DNA of 64,000 nucleotides from an uncultured Curvibacter sp. (GTDB lineage Bacteria > Pseudomonadota > Gammaproteobacteria > Burkholderiales > Burkholderiaceae_C): contig CAILKX010000092.1 in the NCBI GenBank assembly GCA_903834975.1, forward strand, positions 2,384 to 66,383, given 5' to 3'. Both the position numbers and the translations under genes were made by a program. Every line of letters starts with the position of its first letter. Position 1 is the first letter of the stretch. The notes beneath the pieces are model-generated. The model was not told where the DNA came from. It worked only from the letters and a program-made list of their open reading frames with translations, and ran no database searches. This document shows positions 9,868 through 18,162 of this stretch, piece after piece.

Positions 9868-10551
9868 ATGACCACTGATGCCCACACCAAACCAAACGCC
9901 AACACCCTTTCCCAATACCCTCGCCGCAGCAAAGACCAAATGGCTCGGTTGGTGGCACTAGACATTCCTGATGGGGCTTACGTCAACCTAGGCATCGGCA
10001 TGCCCACAGCCGTGGCCAACCACATTCCGACGGACCGCGAGGTCATTCTGCAAAGCGAAAACGGCATATTGGGCATGGGCCCAGCGCCTGCCGAGGGGCA
10101 GGAGGACTACGACCTCATCAATGCGGGCAAACAAGCGGTGACGTTGCTATCGGGTGGCGCCTATTTCAACTCGGCAGAAAGCTTTGCCATGATGCGCGGT
10201 GGGCATTTGGACATTTGCGTATTGGGCGCCTTTCAGGTGTCGGTAGATGGCAATTTGGCGAATTGGCACACCGGTGAACCCACGGCCATTCCCGCAGTCG
10301 GTGGCGCGATGGATTTGGCCATTGGGGCCAAGCAAACCTGGGTCATGATGGACTTGTTCACCAAGAGCGGCGAATGCAAGTTGGTGACCCAATGCACCTA
10401 TCCCCTGACAGGGATTGGCTGTGTGAAGCGCATTTACACCGACTTGGCTACTCTGGAATGTGGTCCAGCCGGCTTGCGCTTGTTGGATGCGGTGGCCGGC
10501 TTGGATGCGGCCCGGTTGCAATCGCTCACGGGCCTCTTCATCCAAGGTTGA
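9868..10551 (+). CDS. pcaJ: 3-oxoadipate CoA-transferase subunit B
   Basis: NLGIGMPT, SENG (catalytic Glu), MMRGGHLD and GGAMDL motifs. Confidence 0.9.
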   Translation: MTTDAHTKPNANTLSQYPRRSKDQMARLVALDIPDGAYVNLGIGMPTAVANHIPTDREVILQSENGILGMGPAPAEGQEDYDLINAGKQAVTLLSGGAYFNSAESFAMMRGGHLDICVLGAFQVSVDGNLANWHTGEPTAIPAVGGAMDLAIGAKQTWVMMDLFTKSGECKLVTQCTYPLTGIGCVKRIYTDLATLECGPAGLRLLDAVAGLDAARLQSLTGLFIQG

Positions 10552-10573
10552 ACCCTGTTTGATTCAATTTTGA

Positions 10574-11044
10574 TTAGGGGCTCAAGGCGGCTTTGACGGC
10601 CGCCGACACTTGTCCCATGTCGGCTTTGCCGGCCAATTTGGTTTTCACGGCGCCCATGACCTTGCCCATGTCGCCAGGGCCTGCAGCGCCCAATTCGGTG
10701 ACGATGGCTTGCACCGCTGCAGTCACTTCGTCGGCACTCATGCGTTCTGGCAAATAGACCTGTAAGACGGCCATTTCAGACTTTTCTTTGTCGGCCAAAT
10801 CTTGTCGATTGGCTTGCTCAAAAGCAGCGATGGAGTCTTTGCGTTGTTTGATTAATTTGTCAACGATGGCGACCACGGCAACGTCATCGAGTTCAATGCG
10901 CTCGTCGACTTCCTTTTGCTTCAAGGCGGCTTGCAACAAACGAATCGCACCCAGGCGCTCGCTGTCTTTGGCGCGCATGGCGGTTTTCATGTCTTCGCTG
11001 ATGCGGGCTTTTAAGGGACTGACGATGGGGGGGGTGTCGGACAT
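10574..11044 (-). CDS. yqeY: GatB/YqeY domain protein
   Basis: MKTAMRAKDSERL, KQRKDSI and MGKVMG motifs; lies downstream of rpsU. Confidence 0.9.
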   Translation of the reverse strand: MSDTPPIVSPLKARISEDMKTAMRAKDSERLGAIRLLQAALKQKEVDERIELDDVAVVAIVDKLIKQRKDSIAAFEQANRQDLADKEKSEMAVLQVYLPERMSADEVTAAVQAIVTELGAAGPGDMGKVMGAVKTKLAGKADMGQVSAAVKAALSP

Positions 11045-11061
11045 GGCAGAACTCCGGAATT

Positions 11062-11108
11062 AAAAAAACAAAACCCGCGGTTAGGGGCAGGGCCCTAAAA
11101 CGCGGGTT
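11062..11108 (-). terminator. Rho-independent terminator between rpsU and yqeY
   Basis: AACCCGCG/CGCGGGTT outer stem plus TTAGGG/CCCTAA inner stem, followed on the minus strand by a T-tract (A7 at 11062-11068 on plus). Confidence 0.75.
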
Positions 11109-11145
11109 GTCGCAGCGGAAAGCCGCTGCGTACTGAATTAAAAAA

Positions 11146-11358
11146 TCAATACAGTTTTTTGGGCAATTGCATGCTGCGCACGCGCTTGTAGTGGCGCTTC
11201 ACGGCAGCAGACTTCTTGCGCTTGCGTTCGGTGGTGGGCTTTTCGTAAAACTCGCGGGCGCGCAGGTCGGTCAGCAGGCCCAGTTTTTCAATGGTGCGCT
11301 TGAAACGGCGCAGCGCCACGTCAAAGGGTTCGTTTTCTTTTACACGAATGGTCGTCAT
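11146..11358 (-). CDS. rpsU: 30S ribosomal protein S21
   Basis: [16 protein letters not shown]...REFYEKPT is canonical S21. Confidence 0.98.
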   Translation of the reverse strand: MTTIRVKENEPFDVALRRFKRTIEKLGLLTDLRAREFYEKPTTERKRKKSAAVKRHYKRVRSMQLPKKLY

Positions 11359-11484
11359 GAATTTCAGTTTTCCGAAATGTGCAAACAGAGGACTGAATGG
11401 AAGATCGGGCCAATTCAGTCATGCCTGCGAAATACCCAACAAAAAATGGATCCGGCAGTTGGGGTTTTGCCAGCAAAGATTGCG

Positions 11485-11513
11485 ATTATAGAACAGATTT
11501 ACCGGGCTGCCAA
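11485..11513 (-). promoter_or_regulatory. Sigma70 promoter for rpsU
   Basis: Minus strand TTGGCA (11513-11508), 17 nt spacer, TATAAT (11490-11485). Confidence 0.75.
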
Positions 11514-12776
11514 GCCTTGGGCACAGGCAAAGCCACTGGCCCAAGCCCACTGAAAGTTGTAGCCGCCCAGCCAACCCGTGACGTCCACCGCTTCGCCAAT
11601 GAAAAACAAGCCCGGTTGCTTGGACATCATGGTTTGTTGAGACAAGTCGCGGGTGTCGATGCCGCCCAGGGTGACTTCGGCTTTTGCATAGCCCTCGGTG
11701 CCAGTGGGCAACAACGCCCAGTGTTGCAGTCGTTCGGCGATTTTGGTCAAAGCCTTGTCGGGCACCTCGTTGATGGGGCGGGCGAGGCTGGGGGCCAACG
11801 TCGGGTCATGCTGGCACCAAGCTTCGGCCAACCGCGCCGGTACTTGGTGACTGAGTTCATTGGCGAACAGTTTTCGAGAACGCAATTTGGCTTGGGTCAG
11901 TTCGGCCGTTAAATCTTTTTGAGGGCTCAAATCAATTTGGATGGGCGTCCCGCTTTGCCAGTAGTTAGAGATCTGCAGCACCGCCGGACCCGAGAGCCCT
12001 CGGTGGGTGAAAAGCAGGTCTTCCAAAAACTCGCCTTGGCTTTTCTTGGTGCCCGTCGTGATGCGCACCGGCAGCGCCAGTCCTGCCAGTTCGGCATAGG
12101 GCTGCCAAGCTTGGCCATCAAAAGTCAAGGGCACCAGACCTGGCTTGGGCGTCACCACGCGCAAGCCAAATTGAAGCGCAACACGGTGACTGAAATCGGT
12201 GGCGCCAATTTTGGGAATCGACAAACCGCCGGTGGCCATGACCAAATTGGGGGTGCTGACCGAACCTTGGTCAGTCGCCAACAGGTAATGCCCTTGGCCA
12301 CCCGGGAGATCGGATTTGGCAGCGGCATTGTCAGGGGCCGCTGCGTCTGAATAGGCAATGCTCTGCACTTGGCAAGGTTGCCAGCGGGTGACCTCGCCAC
12401 CCATGGAACTCGCCGCAGCGCACTCGGCCAGCAACACGTTCACGATGTCGTTCGCGGAGCGGTCGCAAAACAATTGCCCTTTGTGCTTTTCATGAAAGGG
12501 CACGTCGTAGCGCTTCAGCAGGTCGATGAAATTCTGGGGCGTGTAGCGGCTCAGGGCGCTGCGGCAAAAAGGCGGGTTTTGGCTGAGGAACTGATTCGGA
12601 CTGGTTTCTAAGTTGGTGAAGTTACAACGACCCCCGCCAGAAATTCGAATTTTCTCAGCCACTTTGGGTGAGTGGTCGATCACCAAGACCTTCAGCCCCA
12701 GTTGCCCGGCCACCCCGGCGCAAAAAAGTCCAGCGGCACCTGCGCCGACAATGACCGCGTCAAATTCATCGGGCAT
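11499..12776 (-). CDS. HI0933/YhiN-family NAD(P)/FAD-dependent oxidoreductase
   Basis: GAGAAG, KIRISGGGRCNFTN, LFTHRGLSGPA and GGYNFQWAWASG motifs. Confidence 0.92.
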   Translation of the reverse strand: MPDEFDAVIVGAGAAGLFCAGVAGQLGLKVLVIDHSPKVAEKIRISGGGRCNFTNLETSPNQFLSQNPPFCRSALSRYTPQNFIDLLKRYDVPFHEKHKGQLFCDRSANDIVNVLLAECAAASSMGGEVTRWQPCQVQSIAYSDAAAPDNAAAKSDLPGGQGHYLLATDQGSVSTPNLVMATGGLSIPKIGATDFSHRVALQFGLRVVTPKPGLVPLTFDGQAWQPYAELAGLALPVRITTGTKKSQGEFLEDLLFTHRGLSGPAVLQISNYWQSGTPIQIDLSPQKDLTAELTQAKLRSRKLFANELSHQVPARLAEAWCQHDPTLAPSLARPINEVPDKALTKIAERLQHWALLPTGTEGYAKAEVTLGGIDTRDLSQQTMMSKQPGLFFIGEAVDVTGWLGGYNFQWAWASGFACAQGLAAR

Positions 12777-13734
12777 TGTGCTTTTCCATGAAGGGTGAAT
12801 GGGGTGACGAGAGCTGCGCGGGGTCGGTCATCTGGGCCAGTGCCACCAAACGCTGCACCTGACAGGCGATGGGTTCTGGCACGGGCAATTCACCTGCCAT
12901 CACGCGGTGGATGTAGCGCGCTGTGCTGGCCGCAGAAATGTCCAGGGGCAAGTCGGGCAGCTGGGCCAGTGGGCCCGTCTGTGCGGCTTGAAGGACGCCA
13001 CTTTGACCCTGCCAATACCCCGTCATCAGCGGCGTTCGTCGTGCATCGGCCACCGGCTCGCCCTCGGTGCCCCGCAGGAGCAGGGCGCGTTGCCCCGTCA
13101 GTTGCAGCGTGGCGGCCATCGACTCGGCGTACTCGGGGTGCGTGTAACTGCCCACCACCATAGCCTCGTTGGCGCAAGGGTTCATGAGTTTGACCAAACT
13201 GTGTGCCGAGTTTCGCAACCCCACCACACGGCGCACATCCAGCAGACGCTTGAGGCTGGGCAGCAGTTGCTCGGTGCGGACGAATACAAGAAGGGAGGGC
13301 AGGGCGCTGATGGTGTCCAATGACGCCAGAACGGCCTCGGTCAACACCCGGCGGCTGTCAACTTCGGTGGGAGTGCCGTGAATCAACACCGGCAAGCCTT
13401 GGCGAGCCAGCAGCAAGGCCAGCAATGGCGTCAGCACAGGTAATTTGCGAGCGCCGTTGTAGCTGGGTAAAACAACCGTGGGGAGCGCCGTCGCGGCTTG
13501 AACAGGGTCAACCGACAGGCGCTGCATCCGGGCGTGTGTGGCGTCCAAAAAACCCGCCATTTCTTCGGCGGTTTCACCTTTGACGCGCATGGCCAGACAA
13601 AACGCCCCGACTTCCAAATCGCTCACCGCACCATCGAGCACCTGGCCCATCAAGTCGGCAGCCTGTGCACGTTCCAGTGCCCGCGCGCCGTCCTTGCCGC
13701 GGCCAATTTCTTTGAGGTAAGGGGTAATGCTCAT
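12766..13734 (-). CDS. ybiB: DNA-binding protein YbiB (TrpD2-like)
   Basis: MSITPYLKEIGRGKDGAR, PSYNGARK, RNSAHSLVKL and LRGTEGE motifs. Start set at ATG 13734. Confidence 0.88.
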   Translation of the reverse strand: MSITPYLKEIGRGKDGARALERAQAADLMGQVLDGAVSDLEVGAFCLAMRVKGETAEEMAGFLDATHARMQRLSVDPVQAATALPTVVLPSYNGARKLPVLTPLLALLLARQGLPVLIHGTPTEVDSRRVLTEAVLASLDTISALPSLLVFVRTEQLLPSLKRLLDVRRVVGLRNSAHSLVKLMNPCANEAMVVGSYTHPEYAESMAATLQLTGQRALLLRGTEGEPVADARRTPLMTGYWQGQSGVLQAAQTGPLAQLPDLPLDISAASTARYIHRVMAGELPVPEPIACQVQRLVALAQMTDPAQLSSPHSPFMEKHNAR

Positions 13735-13814
13735 GGGATGGTGGCGTTGAAGTGAAGGATTGTCCTCGAACTTTTCCAATGCCTTGGTGATGTGACGATC
13801 GATAATGAAGCCCA

Positions 13815-14963
13815 GTGAACTTCGACCCGTCCGCTTTCTCCATGCTTCCTAAAACCGAAACTTCTCAAAATGAGGTCCCCCAAAAAACTTGGGTCCTGGG
13901 CATCGAGTCTTCTTGCGATGAAACGGGCGTGGCCTTGGTGCACATGGACACCCCATCAACGGCCTTGCCGAAATTGGCTGCGCATGCCCTGCACAGTCAA
14001 ATTGAAATGCACCAAGCCTATGGCGGTGTGGTGCCGGAGCTGGCCAGTCGCGATCACATTCGGCGTGTCATTCCGTTGACCCGCGAAGTGCTGCGGCGCG
14101 CTGGCGTTGGCTTGGCCGAGGTCGATGTGGTGGCCTATACCCAAGGCCCTGGGCTGGCGGGGGCGTTGTTGGTGGGCGCGGGGGTGGCTTGCGCTTTGGG
14201 CGCGGCCTTGGACAAGCCGGTGCTGGGTGTGCACCACTTGGAGGGGCATTTGTTGTCACCGTTTTTGAGTGCCGACGCCCCTGAATTTCCGTTTGTGGCG
14301 CTGCTGGTGTCGGGCGGCCACACACAATTGATGCAGGTCGATGGGGTCGGGCGCTATGCCTTGTTGGGCGAGACCATCGACGATGCGGCGGGCGAGGCTT
14401 TTGACAAGTCGGCCAAGCTGATGGGCCTGGGTTATCCGGGCGGGCCGGCCTTGTCGCTTTTGGCGCAAGACGGCGACCCCAAGGCCTTCAAATTGCCAAG
14501 GCCTTTGCTGCATTCGGGTGATCTGGATTTTTCTTTTGCGGGTTTAAAAACCGCGGTGTTGACGCAATGCCAAAAATTGGGAGACCAATTAACGGGTCGC
14601 AAGGCCGATTTGGCCGCCAGCACGCAGGAGGCGATTGTGGAAGTGCTTCTCAAAAAAAGCTTGATGGCTTTAAAGCAAACCGGCCTCAAGCGTTTGGTGG
14701 TCGCGGGTGGCGTTGGCGCCAACCGTGCTTTGCGCGAGCAACTGAATGCGGCCTGCGCCGCCTTGGGGGTGCGGGTGCATTACCCCGAACTCCATTTGTG
14801 CACCGACAACGGCGCCATGATTGCCATGGCCGCGGCCATGCGCTTACAAGCGGGACAGAGCGTGGCGCAAAAGGACTACGCCTTCCATGTGCACCCTCGA
14901 TGGGGTTTGGAAGACAGGGGCCAAGACAGCCAAGTTGTCACAAAGGCCACCTCGGAATTTTAG
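13815..14963 (+). CDS. tsaD: tRNA N6-threonylcarbamoyltransferase TsaD
   Basis: [27 protein letters not shown] and CTDNGAMIA motifs. Start uncertain (GTG 13815 or ATG 13842). Confidence 0.95.
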   Translation: MNFDPSAFSMLPKTETSQNEVPQKTWVLGIESSCDETGVALVHMDTPSTALPKLAAHALHSQIEMHQAYGGVVPELASRDHIRRVIPLTREVLRRAGVGLAEVDVVAYTQGPGLAGALLVGAGVACALGAALDKPVLGVHHLEGHLLSPFLSADAPEFPFVALLVSGGHTQLMQVDGVGRYALLGETIDDAAGEAFDKSAKLMGLGYPGGPALSLLAQDGDPKAFKLPRPLLHSGDLDFSFAGLKTAVLTQCQKLGDQLTGRKADLAASTQEAIVEVLLKKSLMALKQTGLKRLVVAGGVGANRALREQLNAACAALGVRVHYPELHLCTDNGAMIAMAAAMRLQAGQSVAQKDYAFHVHPRWGLEDRGQDSQVVTKATSEF

Positions 14964-14973
14964 GAAGCTGTCA

Positions 14974-16212
14974 ATGCGTTCGATCGTTCGTGGTTTTAAA
15001 GGGTCGCTCATTCGGGCGGTGGCCAATGAGGGTTTGGGGTTGCCCGATGTGCTGGCCTTTTGGTTTGGGGAAGGCGACGAGGTCACGCCCGAAGCGGTGC
15101 GCCAAGCCGCGATGGATTCAATAGGACAGGGCGAAACCTTCTATTCTCACAACCTCGGCATGCCCGAGCTGCGCCAAGCCATCGCCGATTACACATTGGC
15201 GCTGCATCCCCAATCAGCCGTTGGCTTGGACAGAATTGCGGTCACTTCGGGTGGTGTGAGCGCGTTGATGGTGGCGTTCCAAGCCCTGGTGGACGCCGGT
15301 GATGAGGTGTTGTTGGTCACGCCCATCTGGCCGAATTTGATGTACCAGCCGACCTTGATGGGCGGCGTCGTGCGAACCGTCTCGCTGAAACCCAATGGGC
15401 CGCCCACCGGGGGCAGCCCAGACCCTCGCGGCGCTTGGCGACTGGATTTGGACGAACTGCTGCAAGCCATTACGCCCCAAACCAAAGTCTTGGTGCTGAA
15501 TTCGCCGAACAATCCCAGCGGTTGGACCCTGAGCCGGGACGAACAAGCGTCGATTTTGGCGCGATGCCGAGAGACAGGCACTTGGATTTTGGCCGACGAG
15601 GTCTACGAGCGGCTTTATTTTGAACCGAGTGAACACCCCACCGATCACCACCAAGCCAAATTCAACTCAACAGCCTGTGCCCCCAGTTTTCTTGACCTGG
15701 CTGGCCCCGAGGACCGGCTGATGGTGGCGCACAGTTTTTCCAAAAGCTTCATGATGACGGGCTGGCGCTTGGGCTGGTTGGTCTTGCCCAAAGGCTGCAG
15801 CGAGGCTGTGGGGAAATTGATTGAGTTCAACACCATTTGCGCGCCGGTGTTTGTGCAGCGCGCGGGCCGGGTCGCGCTGGCGCAAGCGGAGCACATCACG
15901 CCCCAAGTGGTGGCGCATTTGCAGCGCTGCCGTGACCGCTTGGTGACCCAATTGCAGGCTTTGCCGCGTGTGCATGTCAGCCCAGCCCCGGGGGGTTTGT
16001 ATGCTTTTTTCCGTTTGGACGGTGAAACCGACTCTTTGGCCTTGGCCAAAAAATTGGTAGGCGAAGCGCGTTTGGGCTTGGCCCCGGGCAGCGCGTTTTT
16101 CCCAACAGACCAAACTGAAACAGCGGCTTGGCTGCGCTGGTGTTTTGCCTCGCAAGACCTGAGCCGATTGGATGCGGGGGTGGAGCGACTCTCGAATTGG
16201 CTGAAACGGTGA
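14974..16212 (+). CDS. PLP-dependent aminotransferase, class I/II
   Basis: NSPNNPSG, DEVY and SFSKSFMMTGWRLG (PLP lysine) motifs; ATG 14974 after GGAAG. Confidence 0.9.
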   Translation: MRSIVRGFKGSLIRAVANEGLGLPDVLAFWFGEGDEVTPEAVRQAAMDSIGQGETFYSHNLGMPELRQAIADYTLALHPQSAVGLDRIAVTSGGVSALMVAFQALVDAGDEVLLVTPIWPNLMYQPTLMGGVVRTVSLKPNGPPTGGSPDPRGAWRLDLDELLQAITPQTKVLVLNSPNNPSGWTLSRDEQASILARCRETGTWILADEVYERLYFEPSEHPTDHHQAKFNSTACAPSFLDLAGPEDRLMVAHSFSKSFMMTGWRLGWLVLPKGCSEAVGKLIEFNTICAPVFVQRAGRVALAQAEHITPQVVAHLQRCRDRLVTQLQALPRVHVSPAPGGLYAFFRLDGETDSLALAKKLVGEARLGLAPGSAFFPTDQTETAAWLRWCFASQDLSRLDAGVERLSNWLKR

Positions 16213-16222
16213 CTTTTTGCGA

Positions 16223-16327
16223 CGCTGTCATTGAGTCCCGCTGTCATTGACCGTGGCTGTAAGGTTGCCTGTCAGCAAGTCGTCCTAATATAGAGACTGA
16301 CAGGTCAAATAGAGACTTTTAGGTCAA
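16223..16327. repeat. Cluster of direct and inverted repeats upstream of bktB
   Basis: CGCTGTCATTGA x2 (16223-16234, 16239-16250); CCTGTCAG (16268-16275)/CTGACAGG (16297-16304) inverted pair; 19-bp tandem ATAGAGACT-N3-AGGTCAA x2 (16290-16327). Confidence 0.8.
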
Positions 16328-16364
16328 CCCATCTTTCAAATTAAACGAACCCAAGGAGATTTTC

Positions 16365-17546
16365 ATGGCAAAAGAAGTGGTGGTTTTGAGCGCAGCGCGC
16401 TCCGCGATTGGTACCTTCGGCGGCTCGCTGTCCACTTTGGAGCCGGCCGAGTTGGCCGGTCAAGTCATGAAGGAAACCGTCGCGCGGTCGGGCGTGCCGT
16501 CTGACCAAATTGGCAATGTGGTGGTGGGCCATGTGATTCCCACCGACGCCCGCTTTGCCTATGTGTCCCGGGTGGCCGCCATTCAAGCTGGCTTGCCCAT
16601 GGATTCGATCGCCATGCAGCTGAACCGCCTGTGTTCATCGGGTTTGCAAGCCATCGTCACCGCCTCGCAAAGCATCATGTTAGGCGATTTTGATTACAGC
16701 TTGGGCGGCGGCGTGGAAGTCATGTCGCGCGGTGGCTATATGTTGCCCGCATTGCGCTCCGGCGCTCGCATGGGCGACACCAAGGCGGTCGACATGATGG
16801 TTTCGACCCTGACCGACCCCTTTGGCGTGGGTCACATGGGCATTACCGCTGAGAATTTGGCCACCAAATGGAACATCACCCGCGAAGAGCAAGACGCTTT
16901 TGCGGTGGAGTCGCACCGCCGCGCGGCGGCGGCCATTGCGGAAGGGCGCTTTAAATCGCAAATTGTCCCCATCGTGTTGCAAACCCGAAAAGGCGACGTC
17001 GTTTTTGATACCGACGAGCACGTCAAAGCCAGCACCACCTTGGAAACGCTGGGCAAAATGAAACCCGCCTTCAAGAAGGACGGCTCAGTGACCGCAGGCA
17101 ACGCCTCCGGCATCAACGACGGCGCGGCCTTCATGGTGCTGGCCAGCGCCGACGCTGCGGCCAAGGCCGGTCAAAAGCCCATGGCGCGTTTGGTGTCCTA
17201 TGCGGTGGCGGGTGTCTCCAACGACATCATGGGCGAAGGCCCCATCCCGGCCTCCAAGTTGGCCTTGAAAAAAGCCGGCCTGAGCCTGGATCAGATTGAC
17301 GTGATCGAATCCAACGAGGCTTTTGCCGCGCAAGCCTTGACCGTGGCCAAGGTGCTCGGCTTTGACCTCGCCAAGACCAACCCCAATGGCGGCGCCATTG
17401 CGTTGGGTCACCCCGTGGGTTGCTCTGGTGCTTTCCTGGCGACCAAAGCGCTGTATGAATTGCAGCGCACGGGCGGGCGTTACGCCTTGGTGACGATGTG
17501 CATTGGCGGCGGTCAAGGCATCGCGACGGTGTTCGAGCGACTTTGA
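16365..17546 (+). CDS. bktB: Beta-ketothiolase (acetyl-CoA C-acyltransferase), BktB-like
   Basis: NRLCSSG, NASGINDGAA, NEAFA, GHPVG and MCIGGGQG motifs; AAGGAG SD. Confidence 0.85.
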   Translation: MAKEVVVLSAARSAIGTFGGSLSTLEPAELAGQVMKETVARSGVPSDQIGNVVVGHVIPTDARFAYVSRVAAIQAGLPMDSIAMQLNRLCSSGLQAIVTASQSIMLGDFDYSLGGGVEVMSRGGYMLPALRSGARMGDTKAVDMMVSTLTDPFGVGHMGITAENLATKWNITREEQDAFAVESHRRAAAAIAEGRFKSQIVPIVLQTRKGDVVFDTDEHVKASTTLETLGKMKPAFKKDGSVTAGNASGINDGAAFMVLASADAAAKAGQKPMARLVSYAVAGVSNDIMGEGPIPASKLALKKAGLSLDQIDVIESNEAFAAQALTVAKVLGFDLAKTNPNGGAIALGHPVGCSGAFLATKALYELQRTGGRYALVTMCIGGGQGIATVFERL

Positions 17547-17551
17547 TCGGC

Positions 17552-17660
17552 TATAATCCAAAAGCTTTGCTGGCGGCTGCCCTCAATTAAATGAAGACAG
17601 CCCTTGCGAAGTCGCACGCAGGCCACCTTCCACGGCCTTGCGCAAGTTCTCATAATTTTA
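17552..17660 (+). promoter_or_regulatory. rpsO -10 box and structured 5' leader
   Basis: TATAAT at 17552-17557; leader pairings GGCTG/CAGCC, CTTGCG/CGCAAG and GGCC/GGCC. Confidence 0.55.
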
Positions 17661-17670
17661 AGGAAATGAA

Positions 17671-17937
17671 ATGATCGCCGCTTCTATCAAAGCAGAAGTT
17701 GTCAAAGACAACGCCCGTTCCGCTGGTGACACCGGTAGCCCAGAAGTCCAAGTGGCCTTGCTGACTGCCCGCATCAACGAGTTGACCCCCCACTTCAAAA
17801 CACACGCCAAAGACCACCATGGTCGTCGCGGTTTGTTGCGCATGGTGAGCCGTCGCCGCAAGCTGTTGGACTATTTGAAGGCCAAGGACGCGGACCGTTA
17901 CACCGCTTTGATCGCGAAGCTGGGTCTGCGTAAGTAA
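17671..17937 (+). CDS. rpsO: 30S ribosomal protein S15
   Basis: [13 protein letters not shown]...[13 protein letters not shown]...RRKLLDYL. Confidence 0.98.
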   Translation: MIAASIKAEVVKDNARSAGDTGSPEVQVALLTARINELTPHFKTHAKDHHGRRGLLRMVSRRRKLLDYLKAKDADRYTALIAKLGLRK

Positions 17938-17969
17938 GCAGCCCTTTTGCCAAGGCCAAGATAAAAAGA

Positions 17970-18007
17970 GCCTGAGTTAGATCCCTAGCTCAGGCCTTTG
18001 TTTTTTT
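17970..18007 (+). terminator. Rho-independent terminator after rpsO
   Basis: GCCTGAGTTAG-atcc-CTAGCTCAGGC stem followed by CTTTGTTTTTTT. Confidence 0.85.
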
Positions 18008-18023
18008 CAGATAGGACGAAACA

Positions 18024-18099
18024 GGAATGCGCGCTGTGTCATTCCAAAAGAAACCCGGTTGACAGAGACCCGGTTTTTTCTGGAATGGCATCGTGTTCC
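18024..18099 (+). promoter_or_regulatory. Long imperfect hairpin in the pnp leader (candidate RNase III site)
   Basis: GGAATGCG/CGTGTTCC, TGTCATTCCA/TGGAATGGCA and GAAA-C-CCGG/CCGG-TTTT pairings. Confidence 0.6.
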
Positions 18100-18162
18100 A
18101 AATAGGCCCATCTGACCCACCGCCGCTCGGGTAGAGCGGTTTGTCATGAATAGGAAATTGAC

